From Protoeuglena noctilucae (Eukaryota), in contig OY253671.1 in NCBI GenBank assembly GCA_958009085.1, forward strand, positions 806,001 through 870,000: a stretch of DNA of 64,000 nucleotides, given 5' to 3'. The translations under genes were made by a program, and so were the position numbers. Under the pieces are notes generated by a model, which worked only from the letters and a program-made list of their open reading frames with translations, was not told where the DNA came from and searched no databases. Positions 35,923-48,018 of the stretch are shown piece by piece; position 1 is the first letter of the stretch, and each line of letters starts with the position of its first letter.

Positions 35923-37159
35923 TCATGCACTTTGGCCGTCCGCTGCCCACCGGACCACCGACCCCGTCCCCTCACCCCAGCAACAGCCCCCCCAGCTCTC
36001 ATCCCGTCCGCTCGCTCCACCACCCACACTCTGCGCTCCCAGGGCCACCGCGGCCACCACCTCCCTGTCCGCCACTCGCACCCACCCCCGCACTACCCGC
36101 ACGCCTGCCACGCCATCGGTGGAGCCCGTCGAGCAACCACCCTCGTCCCGCCATTCCGCATCGCACCCATCACACGTGCCGTCCCTCTCGCTCCTGGCCA
36201 TGGACGCGCTCCCAGGGAGGGCAGCGAGGGTTGCAAACGAACGGCCACTCAAAGCGGGTGCGCCCTGCGCTGCAGAGACGGCCGGGCCCGCTGACGGGCG
36301 CAATGGGCCTCCCTGCGCCGCGACCTTCTGACTCTGCTGCGCTCTGGCGCGACCCGCTGCAGCGATGCGGGCTGCCATCTCCTTGACGCCTGGCATGTTG
36401 ATTCTCGCCGCGATCTCCTCGGCCCGCGCGGGGTCCTGCATCAGAATCTGCGAATGAGGAAAACATGGTCATAGGCCAGCTCCTGCTTGGCCGGCGCGCG
36501 CAGGGAGCCGCGGGCGGCGCCGGACACCCACCTGACGAACGGACAGGGGGCGCTGCGCAGCCTTCCCGGGCCTGGCCGGCACGATCTCGCCACGCCGGTC
36601 CACGAACTCGATGTACGCCATCTGAGCCGCGTCCCCGCGGCGCCTCCCCGACCGCAGCACGCGAGTGTAGCCCCCGTCCCGGTCCGCATACCGCGGCGCA
36701 ATGGTCCTGTACGGCGCGAGGGGCGGGAGGTGGCGCGAACTGCACCGCTGCTGCGGAGATGAAAAGAGGCTGAGGTCGCACTCACGTGAAGAGCTTCCGG
36801 AGCATGTCTCGTCGCACCCACAGCCTGCCCTGAGCCTGAACTTTGGCCGCGTACGTCCCCTCCTTCCCCAGCGTCACACACTTGTCCACCCACTTCTGCA
36901 GCTCCTTGGCCTTCGCCAGCGTCGTCTTGATCCGCTCGTGCTCGATCAGCTGGGTCGCCATCGTCCGCAGCATGGACAGCCTGCACTGGCCAGCGATGCT
37001 CCGTCCCTCCGCGGCCAAGGCGAGAGATGCGCCCCGCGATGGCTAGTGCCTCATATGGAGGCCGTGCCCGAGCGAGGGCGGCGTAGAAGGAGCGCAGCAA
37101 TGCACGCACCGGTGGGCCGTCGGCCGGCCAAGCCTTCGGTGGCGCCGGCGATGCTTCAT
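35923..37159 (-). CDS. MRPL17: Ribosomal protein bL17, probably mitochondrial, with a C-terminal extension
   Basis: [58 protein letters not shown]...[43 protein letters not shown]. 3' end uncertain. Confidence 0.9.
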
Positions 37160-37580
37160 CGCCTCCCCTTCCCTCCCCTGCCGCCAACGAGACGAGAGGT
37201 ATTCACACGCGCAACAGGAGCCGCTGTCTTTTCAACGGCACGCCCTCCCGACCCTGCCCGGTGGATCCGCAAACCTGAAAAGCTGACTGAGCCTCACGAA
37301 ACCTGGTGTGCCCCCGTTGGAATCTGCCGTCCGTGAGCAGCGCCACGAGCTGTGGCGAGCTTGCGTGCTGGTCTGGCACTTCGCCATCCTGCGCGTTCGC
37401 CGCCAGAGCTGACCTCAGCGACCATTAGATCTCTCGCCGACCAAATCTCTCGTCTGCTGTCCCCAGCACAGACTCCCAGACGCAGGTTGCGCTCTCCACT
37501 CCGTCTTGCGGCACTTTGTGGCCACGAGTCTACGAGAGTGCGGGGAACGGTGCCTGCGGTGTGAGACGTGGCCCTTCGGC

Positions 37581-40023
37581 ATGGAGGCGGTGTCCTCCCA
37601 AGTCTGTGTCTCGCGCAGACACATGCGCGCGGCAGGAGCTGCTTCCTCGAGCGGTCGCTCGGTGGCCCTGGCCCCATGCTCCGTGTCGTGTCCCTCCCGC
37701 GGCCGCGCAGCGTTCATCCGACACGCCGTGCCGCGGTTCGAGCCGCTCGTAGCGGCTACTCGCCTCCGGCCAAACCGCGCGCGTGGCTCGATCCGCGCCA
37801 GCGCTAGCAGCGAGGGCGCAGCATCACTCGATGCCTCCCTGCGCAGGTGAGGCTGGCGGAGGGCGCGCGGTGCAAGCTCGACAAACCTGGGGCTCTTATT
37901 CGGCTGATTTTGCTGCGCTGGGCTCGGATCGTCTAACCGCGCCCCTACTTCTCTCCGCAGGGCCGTGGAGAGCGCGGTGGAGGCTCGCGGTTTCAGCGTC
38001 ACCGTGGGCGACGCGGCTGCTTCGGCGGGTGTCAAAGTTCCCGAGGCGCAGGTGGCCCTGAACGCGCTGGCGCACGACACGGGCGCCCACCTCATCGTCA
38101 CGACCGATGGCGACATTCTCTACGAGTTTCCCCGCGACATGCGGTCGCGCGTGGCCTCCAAATCCCTTCGCATCCGCGCCGAGCCTGCTTTGCGCAAGGC
38201 CGGGCAGGCCGCCTTCTACCTCGGCCGCGTCTCGTTCGGCATGGCGCTCCTCGCCTCCACCCTGGTCTCCACCACCGCCGTCCTGGCCCTGTTACTCGCC
38301 AAGGGCGACTCGAACGACACCCGGGGGTGCGTGCACTGCAAGCTTAACGCGGCAGCGGCATCGTCGCACTGCCAGCCCATCGTTTGTCGATCCTCGCTCA
38401 CCTGCCCCGTCCTCCCAGGCGCCGGTCATCGGGCGTGCACCTGAGCGGCGGCGACCTGCACGCCGTCGTGCGGCTGATCGACATCTGGACGTGGTTCGAC
38501 CCTTACTACGCCTACCGGGGATACCTGCGCCCGCCCTCGGAGATGGGATTCTTTGAGTCGGTGGGGTCGTTCCTGTGGGGAGACGGCGACCCCAACAGGT
38601 GACGCGGCGACAGCAATTACACCTGTGGATGGCTGAAGGTGCAGCTGGGATGGGCTGGGCTGGCGGTCATTGCAGCTTGCCATCGCATGCAGGGAGTACG
38701 ACCAGCGGCGGTGGGCGGCGTGCGGGGAGTACATCCAGTCCCGAGGCGGCGTCGTGGCTCCGGAGGAGCTGGCGCAGTTCGCGAGCGTCACTGACTCGCA
38801 GCTGCAGGAGGCGCTGCGGTGAGCGTCTTGCAGACTGCGGTGGGGCACCGAGGTACCTCCCGCGTGCTTGGTGGTGGTCCCGTGCCCGTTGGGCGTCTTT
38901 CATCAGCTGAATGCGCTTCGGCAGCGTCACTGACGCCCTCGTCGCACTGTCCGCAGCACGGGCGACACGGGGTACGCCACGGAGGCCCTGGTCCGCTTCC
39001 GGGGTGAGCCGGTGGTGGACGCGGATGGCAACTTGCTCCTCACCTTCCCGGAGCTGCAAGTCACCGAGGGGTGGGACCGGAAGGGGCGCGTTCCGACGGC
39101 ACGGCTGGAGCTCGAGGCGACGCGCCAGCTGACACGCGCCACGACGGGGCAGGTGCGGACACGACGCGGGTCTCCGACATCATCAGCACCGAGCCGGGGG
39201 TCGCCACGCGCGCAACTCTGGCAGCTGTGACAGACTCCGTGCGCCGCTCGCTGCATGGTGCTTTCGTCGCCTCGCTTCCCGCAGAGGATTGGTGCCGTGG
39301 CGCTCGGTGTTTGGAACCTCGTGATGGTCGCCACGCTGTCCAAGCTGCTCGTCAACCCTGCCGCCGTGTACTCGGTCGGGCCGGAAACCGTGCGTTTCTT
39401 ATTCATGGCGACGCCGTTCCTTCAGGCGAGGCCCGCTGTTGTGGTTCTCGTCAGCCCCAGGGTCGGCAGTGCGGGTGTGGGTGCCAACCAGAAATGAGCC
39501 GTTTGGTGTCTCTCGTGCAGGTCTTCGCGGTTGGCTTCTTCATCGTGCCCGTCGTGCGCTGGGCGATGCTGCTGAGGGCCAACCGAGCGATCGAGGAACG
39601 CAACCGGGCGCGGAGGCTCGGAGCACAGCTGCTGCAGAGCGGTGAGGGACGCTGCGCCATGTGACTCGCAGCGTGCGCTAATGTCAGGCATCGCGGGCTG
39701 GCACTGGGATGCGTGACGCCGCGCGTGCAGGCAAGCTGGACGCCAAGATGGCGGCGGCGACCAGGGCGGCGCTCCAGGCGGTCAAGATCGTGCGGGAGCA
39801 GCGGACGGCGTTCCGCACAGACGCGGAGGTCAGCGGACAGCGGACCGAGTTCGAGGACTGGGATCGCCGCCTGAAGAGCAGCAGTGCCGGGGCTGGCCGT
39901 GGGCCAGAGCCGTCCGCTCCGCCCAAGCCGCGCAGCCGGGAGGACGCTGCCCGCTACCCCGATGTGTTCATGGGGAGCGATCCCGAGCCATCTGCGCCCC
40001 CCATGCCACGGAGGAGGCAATGA
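37581..40023 (+). CDS. At5g03900-like conserved plastid/cyanobacterial membrane protein
   Basis: Transit-peptide-like exon 1; AVEARGFSVTVGDAAASAG...ALNALAHDTGAHLIVTTDGDILYEFP; YLGRVSFGMALLAS; MGFFESVGSFLWGDGDPN; GGVVAPEELA; ALVRFRGEPVVDADGNLLLTFPELQ; NRAIEERNRAR. Confidence 0.85.
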
Positions 40024-40321
40024 CGCACGCACACACGCACAGATACAGTAGTACCGCGGGTTTCGTTGCCCGCATCACCGGTCTGACATTTGCGCATGCG
40101 ATTCTGCCAGTACTGCACGTGCGCGAGTTTGAAGAGCGAACATCTCCGATCTCTGATGCAATAGCTATGACAGAATACGTTCCGTTCCTGATGCAGTCAC
40201 ATGGGTCTGACGTCTACATCAAGTTTGGAACCTCAGGCCGCGCTTCTGTCCCGCGTTCGTGTCTTGAGTAGAGCCTCCATGGTCGTGACGACTCCTCGGT
40301 CGCTGCTCTAGGGCGAGGGGC

Positions 40322-43300
40322 ATGGCCAAGGCACCGGGAGCTGGGGGCGGGGAGGCCGTGTACGCCCCTGGGAAGCCCTTACATCTCGGTGACCGCATCG
40401 CTCATTTTCTCGTCGACGTAGCTATTGGCGCCTGACTTGTGGCGAGCTAAAGCTGCGCTGGATTGTTCGCGAGACGTGGGGCACGGTCCGAACAATGACC
40501 TGCCTTCGCCGCTCGCTCGGGACGCGAATGAAGCGATGGGCTCAGTCCGAGATCAAGTGATCCTATTTCCTCGCAGTGCACTTCATCCCGACGACGGCGA
40601 AGGTCCGGAGAGCGGAGCTTCACCCCGTGCTCCCGTGGGTCCTGTTCTGCACCGACACAGGCGAGCAGCGTTCGTCCTCGGCCGTCGTCTGCAGCACCCG
40701 TGTGTGGGTACGCAATGTGTCTATCCATGTCCGTGACTCGACCACTCGCATTTCGCCTCTCGCAGACGTGACGGTGTGGGACTCCTCCAGCAACAATGAG
40801 GTCTGCACCGTCTCGCCGGCCGGCCTCGAAGCTCAAAGAGAGAGGGTCAGCAGCGTATATCCACATGCTCCGTCCCCTGTGCTGCAGCGGCTCGGCGCGG
40901 TATGGGCGGAGTTTCTCTCACGCGCCTAGTCCGAGCTGTCACGGTTTAAGGGTCGCCCTGTCCGCAGGACGCGGCGCTGCTGACGCTGTCGGAGCGCAGG
41001 GGACGGTACTTCGGGTCGAAGGCGGGAGAGACCGGCGACGCGTTTGCCAGGGGTCCCTCTCCAGGGCGAGTGGAGCGCCCGGCCCGTCCGTGCCTGACCC
41101 TTTGCCTGCGCTCTTTGCCCGGCCGCCCATCGCTGGTGGCTACGCCCCGCCCGCAGCAACATCGTCCGCGCGCTCTTCGTCGATGCGGACGTCGCCTTTT
41201 GGCAAAGCGCTTTGCTCCGCAACCTCCAGTGCAAGAGCGCAACCGAGGTGCCGGTTGGGCCACCAGGCATCGGCCACGACGTCAGCGAGTGCTTCAAGGG
41301 CCGCAGGCGAGACCTGGCATGCGCCCAAACGCCGGCCGGTGCTACTGCTGCCATGCATCGGTGGCCACTGCTGCCACCCGTCACTCCCAGGTTCCCTGCC
41401 CCCGTGACCCTCAATGCTCCCCGTGCCTCCCGGCAGGTGGCTCCTGGTAGTCTGCGAGTTCCGCGTCCTGCTCTTCGACCTGCGAAGCCGCGAGCTGCGG
41501 GACCTGTCCCCTCGCAACCTCGACAAGCCACTCACGGACGCGTGCGTGCTCTTCTCCTCCGGTGGAGGCCTGCCCTTCCTGCAGGGGCCCCTGGGTGAGC
41601 CGCGTGGGTTAGGAGAGCCGCGCCCGCGTTCATGTAGCCCCAACTTGTGCTGCCCCGGTCAGTCCCACTGGGCTTTCCAGAGAGTGTTGGGTCGCAGAGT
41701 GGGCGCATCCAACCGGTCCGCTCTCACTCCCGCGCAGTGCTGGCGTCCTGCCTCGACGGCCGCGCGTACATTCTGTCCATGTCGCGGATGCGCGCAATCG
41801 GGTACTGCGCGGCCGAGAGCAAGGGTGCCGGCATCACGTGCGTGGCCCCTGCGCCCGCGGGAGAGCGCGTCGGGCCCGATCATGTCTTGGTCGGTTGCAA
41901 GGACGGGTCGCTGCACCTGGTGAGGGGGCGGGGCGCGGTGGCGTGCCAGGCAGGTATCAAATTATCATTGGCAGCAACAGCCCACTCCGCGTCTAGGCCA
42001 GGGGCCTGGACAGGGTTGTGACACTGCCGACAAAGCATCCCATTGCCAGGGCACACTGCTGTCATGCAATATCTGGCATCGCCTTGCTCTGCAGTTCAAT
42101 CCCTGGGTGCTGCCCTCGGCCGCGAGGAGTCAGGCCGAGGCCATCTCGCAGAACGGGGCAGGGGCGGCGGCCATGCGCAGCGTCCCACCCGCCGGCGCCG
42201 CCCTGCAGAATCCGATGGTCGTGCCCCTCGTCAGCGCGAAGCACAAACTTGGAGCCATCCTCCAGGTCAGTTCCTGTCATTCGCATGGGACAAGGCAGCG
42301 CCTGGGTCGATGCACTTGTTTGCTTTCCAACGTTGCGTGCTGCGCTTGCTCCCCATTCACTCCCCGTTTCTCGCCGTCCTCGCCAGGTCCTCCCCGCCAG
42401 CATGCCGCCTGCCCTGGCTAGCGGCGCCGCTGCTCCGTCCTTCTGCGCGTACGTCCTTTCTGACGACAAGGCCCTCTCCGTGGTCGCCCTCCCGTCGCTC
42501 GCCATCATCAAATCCGTCAAGCCCGCCATCCACGGCACGCACTGGTGCGCGCTGGCCGTGCTAGCATGGGACACAAAGGGTCGCCGTTTGCAACCCCAGC
42601 GCAACCCGAAAATATCGTTGCACTCGCTTCGACTGCCGTGCCTCCCCGCCCCCCGCAGCTCCGCGGCGTGCCTCCTGCCGGTGCTCCAGGGCTCGCCCCT
42701 GGTCCTGGCGTGCCCCAGGGACCCAGCCCTGCATGGCACGACTGCTTCCCTCGACGCGGTGATCAAGGCCGACCGGGCCAGGAGGGACCGCGGCATCACC
42801 GGCACCATCGCCAACCTCAGGCGAGCACCTTGTTGCCGCGATCCGTCGGCTGACGACGGCGTTTGGCTGAGAATGTCCACACTCTGGTCTGCGTGCCGAT
42901 ACTTGAGATGCTGCCATGATTGCCATCTGTGTTTGGTCCCTCACCCTCATCCTCATCCCTCTCATCCCCCGCATCTCTCTTCCCTTCCAGTATGCTCCCT
43001 GTCGGTCCCCGCAAGACCCTGAAGGTCTACGGCCTCACGTCGCACCCCACGCAGCCGGGCCTCATCGCAGCAAGCGCCAGCTCCGGCCTCGCGCTGCTCT
43101 GCCTCCCGCACCCGGTCGCGCAGCCAGCCGCGGCCGTGTTCGAAGTCCAGGTGACGTACAAGGCCCAGCGCAGTACGCGACGTCATCGCAATCTTGTCAC
43201 CATCCGCAAGCGCCGTGGTGTTGTTCACGTGGCACACACTCACTCAGTGCGACGTAGTTAAGCACGTTCTTGGCATACAAAGCGACCGTGTCCTCGTTCC

Positions 43301-46300
43301 TCGTCCCCCAGGCGACCCCGACGTCCATGGCGGTGCTTTCGTGCTCTGGAGGGTTTGTGACGGTCCAGCAGTACCGACTGGCCCTCCCCGCCGTCCACTC
43401 TCTGGGCCAGGCGGAGTCTGCGGCGCTCGAGAGGCCGCTCGTCATGCCGGGGCAGACGCGTATCGTGTTCCCACTCCCGCTCGACCTCCCAGAGACGCCA
43501 GGCGAGGGACGCGGTGCTGTGTGACCATGTTTGGCGCAGCTGTGCCTGCCGCAGCGCGCTGGCAAGGTGCACTGCTTCGGCTAGTGACTTAGGTCGATCT
43601 CGTCGCATGATGGCTCAACCTACTGCCCAGCGTGTGGGGCATTAGATCAGGCCTGGGGACTGAGAGGCTCAGTCCACGCCTGACGCTGCGCCTGACGCCG
43701 CCATACTCGCGGGTCGTCTCCGTCTCCGCAGACGCGGTGCCCAGCCCCAGCGGCCGGCAGGTGGTGCTGGTGTGGCGCGAGCTCAGGCACTGGGTCCTGG
43801 CAGCGTCGTCGTCGTCGGGAAACGCGGGCGGGTCCGGCGGCACCCCCTCCGCATCGAATGGTGCGCAGCGGGAGTCGTGGAGCGTGGTGGCGTCGGGGAC
43901 GGGGTGCTGTGCGGCCTGGGACCGGTGGGGCGGTCTGCTGGCCCTTTCGGCCATGCCGGCGGCCGGGGGCGTGCGCACGGACCCGGTCAAGCGGAAAGAG
44001 CAGAAGGAGCAGTTAGAAGCCGCGGAGAGGTGAGGCGGTTGGGAGAGTCGAGTGGCTGTGCCTGCTGGAGAGCGCGGCGAGTCGGCGTGAGTGTGGTGTA
44101 CTGCACAGAGCATGGGGGTCTTGACATGGGCTGGGTAATTGGGAAGGTTCAACGTTGAGTCGCCTCGCTGTCCAATCGTGCTTTCAGAGCCAAGGAGTTT
44201 GCGGCGTGGGCCATGGCTCGTCTGACGGTGCAGGCGCTGCGTCCAGAGGGCCTGGTGACACAAGTGGTGGAGGCGCCACTGCCGGCAGACTCGGTGGTGG
44301 TGCGGCTCTTCGGAGGGGCGCTGCTGGGGGTCGTGACGGCGCCCAAGGACGCACCGGGGAGGAGGCAGGTGACCTAAGAGTTGGGGTGGGATGTTGAGAG
44401 TAAGGATCGCTCGTACCTGACATGCACCCGCTATGCTCAGCTGCTCTGCTCTCCATGGACGCTCCACCCATTCCTCATACCCCCAGTCTCGCGTCCTGCG
44501 ATTCCATTCCTGGGGGCAGGGTTGCCGCGCCGTGACGCCCTCCCTGCCGGAGCCGCTGTGGGTGGAGTGGGCGGCGTGGGACGACGTGTGTGCGGTGGGG
44601 AGCGACGATGGGGTCCATGTGTTAAGGGCCACGCGGCGATCGAATGGCGACGCGGGCAGCGCAGAGGGATGGGTGGTGCAGCGGGTGCACAGCGTACACG
44701 TGCCCAGGTGTGTGTGCTTGGGGGCGTATGTCGGCCGCCGCCAATCCCACGCTCAGCGCTACCCGTCTTGCATTCACTGCTCCCTTTCTGCTTAATCGCT
44801 GCCTATCCGCTTGTTATACACAGGACCATTTCCGGGGCGTGGTTTGGCGCGGGGGGCCTGCTGCTGACCACGGTGGACGAAGCGTGGCTGGCTGTGGTGG
44901 CGGGGGTGGCCTCCAAGGCGGGACTGGCCGTGTCGCCGCACGCGCCGGCGAGGCGGCAGCTGTCGGACAATCTCACGCTGAGCAGCGGGGTCAGTGCGGG
45001 GCGGTCATCAGGGCGGGCGGAGGAGGCGGGGGTGGAAGGGCCGGCCGGCCCTGTGGTGCCTTGGGCTGTGCCCGGGGTCCCGAGGAGCCAGGCCGTGCCG
45101 CTCGCGTCGCTGGCCGCGCACCCCCTCAGCCGCGCCGCGCAGATGCCCTCCCTCGCGGCGACCTGTGGGGCACGGGCTGCGCTCGGCAGCACCCTGACCC
45201 AGGCGAGCCAGGCGCCAGAACACTGGAAGATCCATGACTGGCTTGCCTCCCTTTGGCGAGCAGGGGAGATCCCCTGTCCTGCTGTGTTCCGCTTACATGG
45301 CGTTTCATGGGCCAGGGTTCGGCCCACGCTTGCCCGCCCTCCCTTTCGCTCTGCAGACGCTGCCGACGGGGTCCTGCAAGGCCCTGGGCTTCATCCACGG
45401 GCACCCATGGGTGCTGGACAGCCGCGGGTGGCCCCACGTCCTGCCCCTGCTGCTCCCCTTGGCCCAAGTCACCGCGGCTGTCGCCTTGGGACGCCCCACG
45501 GATGCGGCCGACGATGTCATGGCATCCGGTGAGGCGCAGAAACGAATGAATGGTACACGCATGAGTCGATACAAAGGTATCGTATATTGCACATCGCTCG
45601 ATGCCCTTTTGTCCCTGCAGCCGTCATGCGCGCTGATGCCCCAGCCAACGCCGATCTGCGTGCGATGGTCGCCGCGCGGGTGGCCCTGGCGGACACGGAT
45701 GCCCTCGAGCTCGCAGCGAAGATCCCGGGAGTGCCGCCCGCGACCCGCCTGGCTCTGTGGTGACTTGCGCTGGCGGATGATGCGAGCGTGGACGCATGGG
45801 CAGGGCCCTGTCTTACGCATGAAATCCACCATGCTCTACCCAAAGCGCACTGCCTGCCTGCCTGCCTGCCTTTGCTTCGCTCACCCTTCCCTCACCTGCC
45901 CCACCACGCTCGCCCCCAGCTCAACCGGTCATGCCTTGCCACACCGCCCCCAGCTCACCCAGTCCCGCCGCTCTCTGCCCCCGCAGCCTCGCCCGCGGCG
46001 ACCTCCCCGCGGCCCTCGGGCACCTCCTGGCTTGCCTGGGTCTCACCCACGAGAGCGTCAGCCGGGGTCAAGGCGACGACGACAGCGGGGGCGACGGCAA
46101 TGGCGCGGACGGGGCGGCCCACGACGCCAATCTGATAAACCTGCTTGAGGCCGACCTGTCTCTCTCCGCTGGCCTCCCCAGCAAGACCGGCAGGGCCGCG
46201 GCCGTCAACCCCGACGGCAGCGTGTGCTTTGACGCCTTCCGTGGCACAGGTGAGGGTAGGGTACTTGCAAGGGCATATCCTGAGCCCTGCACTGTCGGCA

Positions 46301-47678
46301 CAGATCCCGAGCACAGCACATCTACCTGGCGCAACGGCCAGTTGCGCAGGGCTTCTAATTTTTGCAAGAATAGATGCGCTTCTATTCTTGGCAAGGAAAA
46401 GAAGCGTTGAGCGACTGACTTTTGACAAGGAAGATGCGTTGTGCTCGGCAGCCAATGCAGCTTTGGAGAAGCACCGCTTGCAGGTTGCCAGTGCTACCCG
46501 CAAGCATGCAAGAGCAGAGCCATGCGAGTGAAACCACCCTCGCGCTGTCCTCCCTCGCAGCGTGGGAGACGCCGCTTCCGCAGCAGCCCGCACGATCCTT
46601 CCTCACCTCTCGCGCCCCATCCACCCGGCAGCCCTCCCGCCACCACTCGCGTCGGCCTTCCCGGCTCCCGTCCTCCCTGGGACCGGGAGCCCTGGCGGCC
46701 CCTGGCGGAGGCCCCGCCCCGCAGCCTGCCCCGGGACCGGGAGATGCGCCGCCGGACGCGGGATCGCTCTGCGTGGCGGCCAGGGGACCGCCCGGGGCGG
46801 CGGCGGCGGTGGCGGACGCCGGGGTGGCGGTGGTGGAGGCGGCGGCGGACGTGTGCGTGCGTGGCGGGGGGCGGGAGCCGGGGCGGTCGGTCCTGGTGCG
46901 GGCGGCGCGGGCGGTGGTGGCGTGCGCGGAGGTGTTCGGGGAGGAGCAACTGATGCGCGTGGCGGCGGCAGTGGCGGGGGCGGCGGCGGCGGCGGAGGGC
47001 CGCGGGGAGCAGCCGTGGGCCGACGCGGGGGCGGTGCTGGTGGATATGGCGGACGCCGTGGCGGGTGAGACGCTGGTCGCTGCTTGCAATGGGGATAGCT
47101 CTTACGTTTGGCGGCCAGGAGGGGTGATGGTGATGGTGATGGTGATGCTTAGTAGGGGTGCTGGCATGGTCCATATGCGTGCTCATGCCATTGTGTGCCT
47201 CGTGACGCAGAGACGCATCCGGTGGCGGCGGCGCTGGCGTGCTTGCTGTCCGCCCAGCCACAGTTGGCGGACGCGGTGCTGCCACGGGGCGGCCTCAAAG
47301 CCCTGGGAGCTGCCGTGGAACAAGTCGTGCGGGGCACTGCTCGGGGCAGCGTTGGGTCCATGGTGAGCGTGACACGGGGCGTTGCTGCTATCACTACTCG
47401 CAGTCAGCAGCAGCGCCGAGACGACCAAGTTAGCAGTACAACTGTTACCTTTAAGCTGTCAAAGAGTTACTCATGTAACATGCGCACACGCGCAGGGTCG
47501 TTTCGACGGGCCAGAGCCGGCGCTGGTGACGGAGACGGGCAGAGTGCGAGGGCCCTGGGTGGCGGTGGACCGCGCGCTGCCCTCCTCAACGCTGGGCGGA
47601 GCCAAGGATGGCCAGGCACCGCCCGGGGCCGCTCGCGGGGTCGCTGCGGCGCCCGTCATGGTGGGCTCGGTAGCATAG
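40322..47678 (+). CDS. TSET/TPLATE complex WD40 subunit (TWD40-2/TTRAY-like)
   Basis: HFIPTTAKVRRAELHPVLPWV...DVTVWD; ALFVDADVAFWQ; RWLLVVCEFRVLLFDLRSRELRDL; KVYGLTSHPTQPGLIA; PSPSGRQVVLVW; AAWDRWGGLLAL; LFGGALLGV; LPEPLWVEW. These are colinear with recalled TWD40 blocks. ATG 40322 splices in phase (G+TG). Confidence 0.75.
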
Positions 47679-48018
47679 CAGAGCCCCTCTGCTTTTACAG
47701 AAACACGGTAGCACTGGGCCTCAGCTGCTGCCCGTCGCGCTCACGTGGCGATCCGTGTCCCGGTTTGTTACATTGGCACGATTACGGTGCAATTGGCAGA
47801 TGCGTGATGTCCAACAATGCTCCCAGAGTGTGCAGGAGTTGTCTATCTCATCGCCGCTGCCTTGGCGAAGAATTGAATCTGATCTGTCTGACTGACCTAG
47901 GCTACCCTACGTGCTCAAAGCGGTCCGAATCAGCGCCCATCACGCCGACCCCTGTCGTCTCACATCAGACGAACCCCCGAGGGTGTGAAGCACATCTCAA
48001 CGGCCTGGTGCGTGCCCG

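Noticed and set aside
36981..37054. Programmed frameshift, stop readthrough or a 10-nt micro-intron at the bL17 N-terminus (ATG AGG CAC TAG)
   Set aside because: A normal upstream exon (ATG 37159, GT donor 37109) gives a canonical N-terminus in phase, so no recoding is needed.
15202..37159. Functional cluster of ribosome-related genes (Tim44/mL45-like, PRPL29, CCDC124, bL17)
   Set aside because: They serve different compartments and are interspersed with unrelated genes; consistent with chance.
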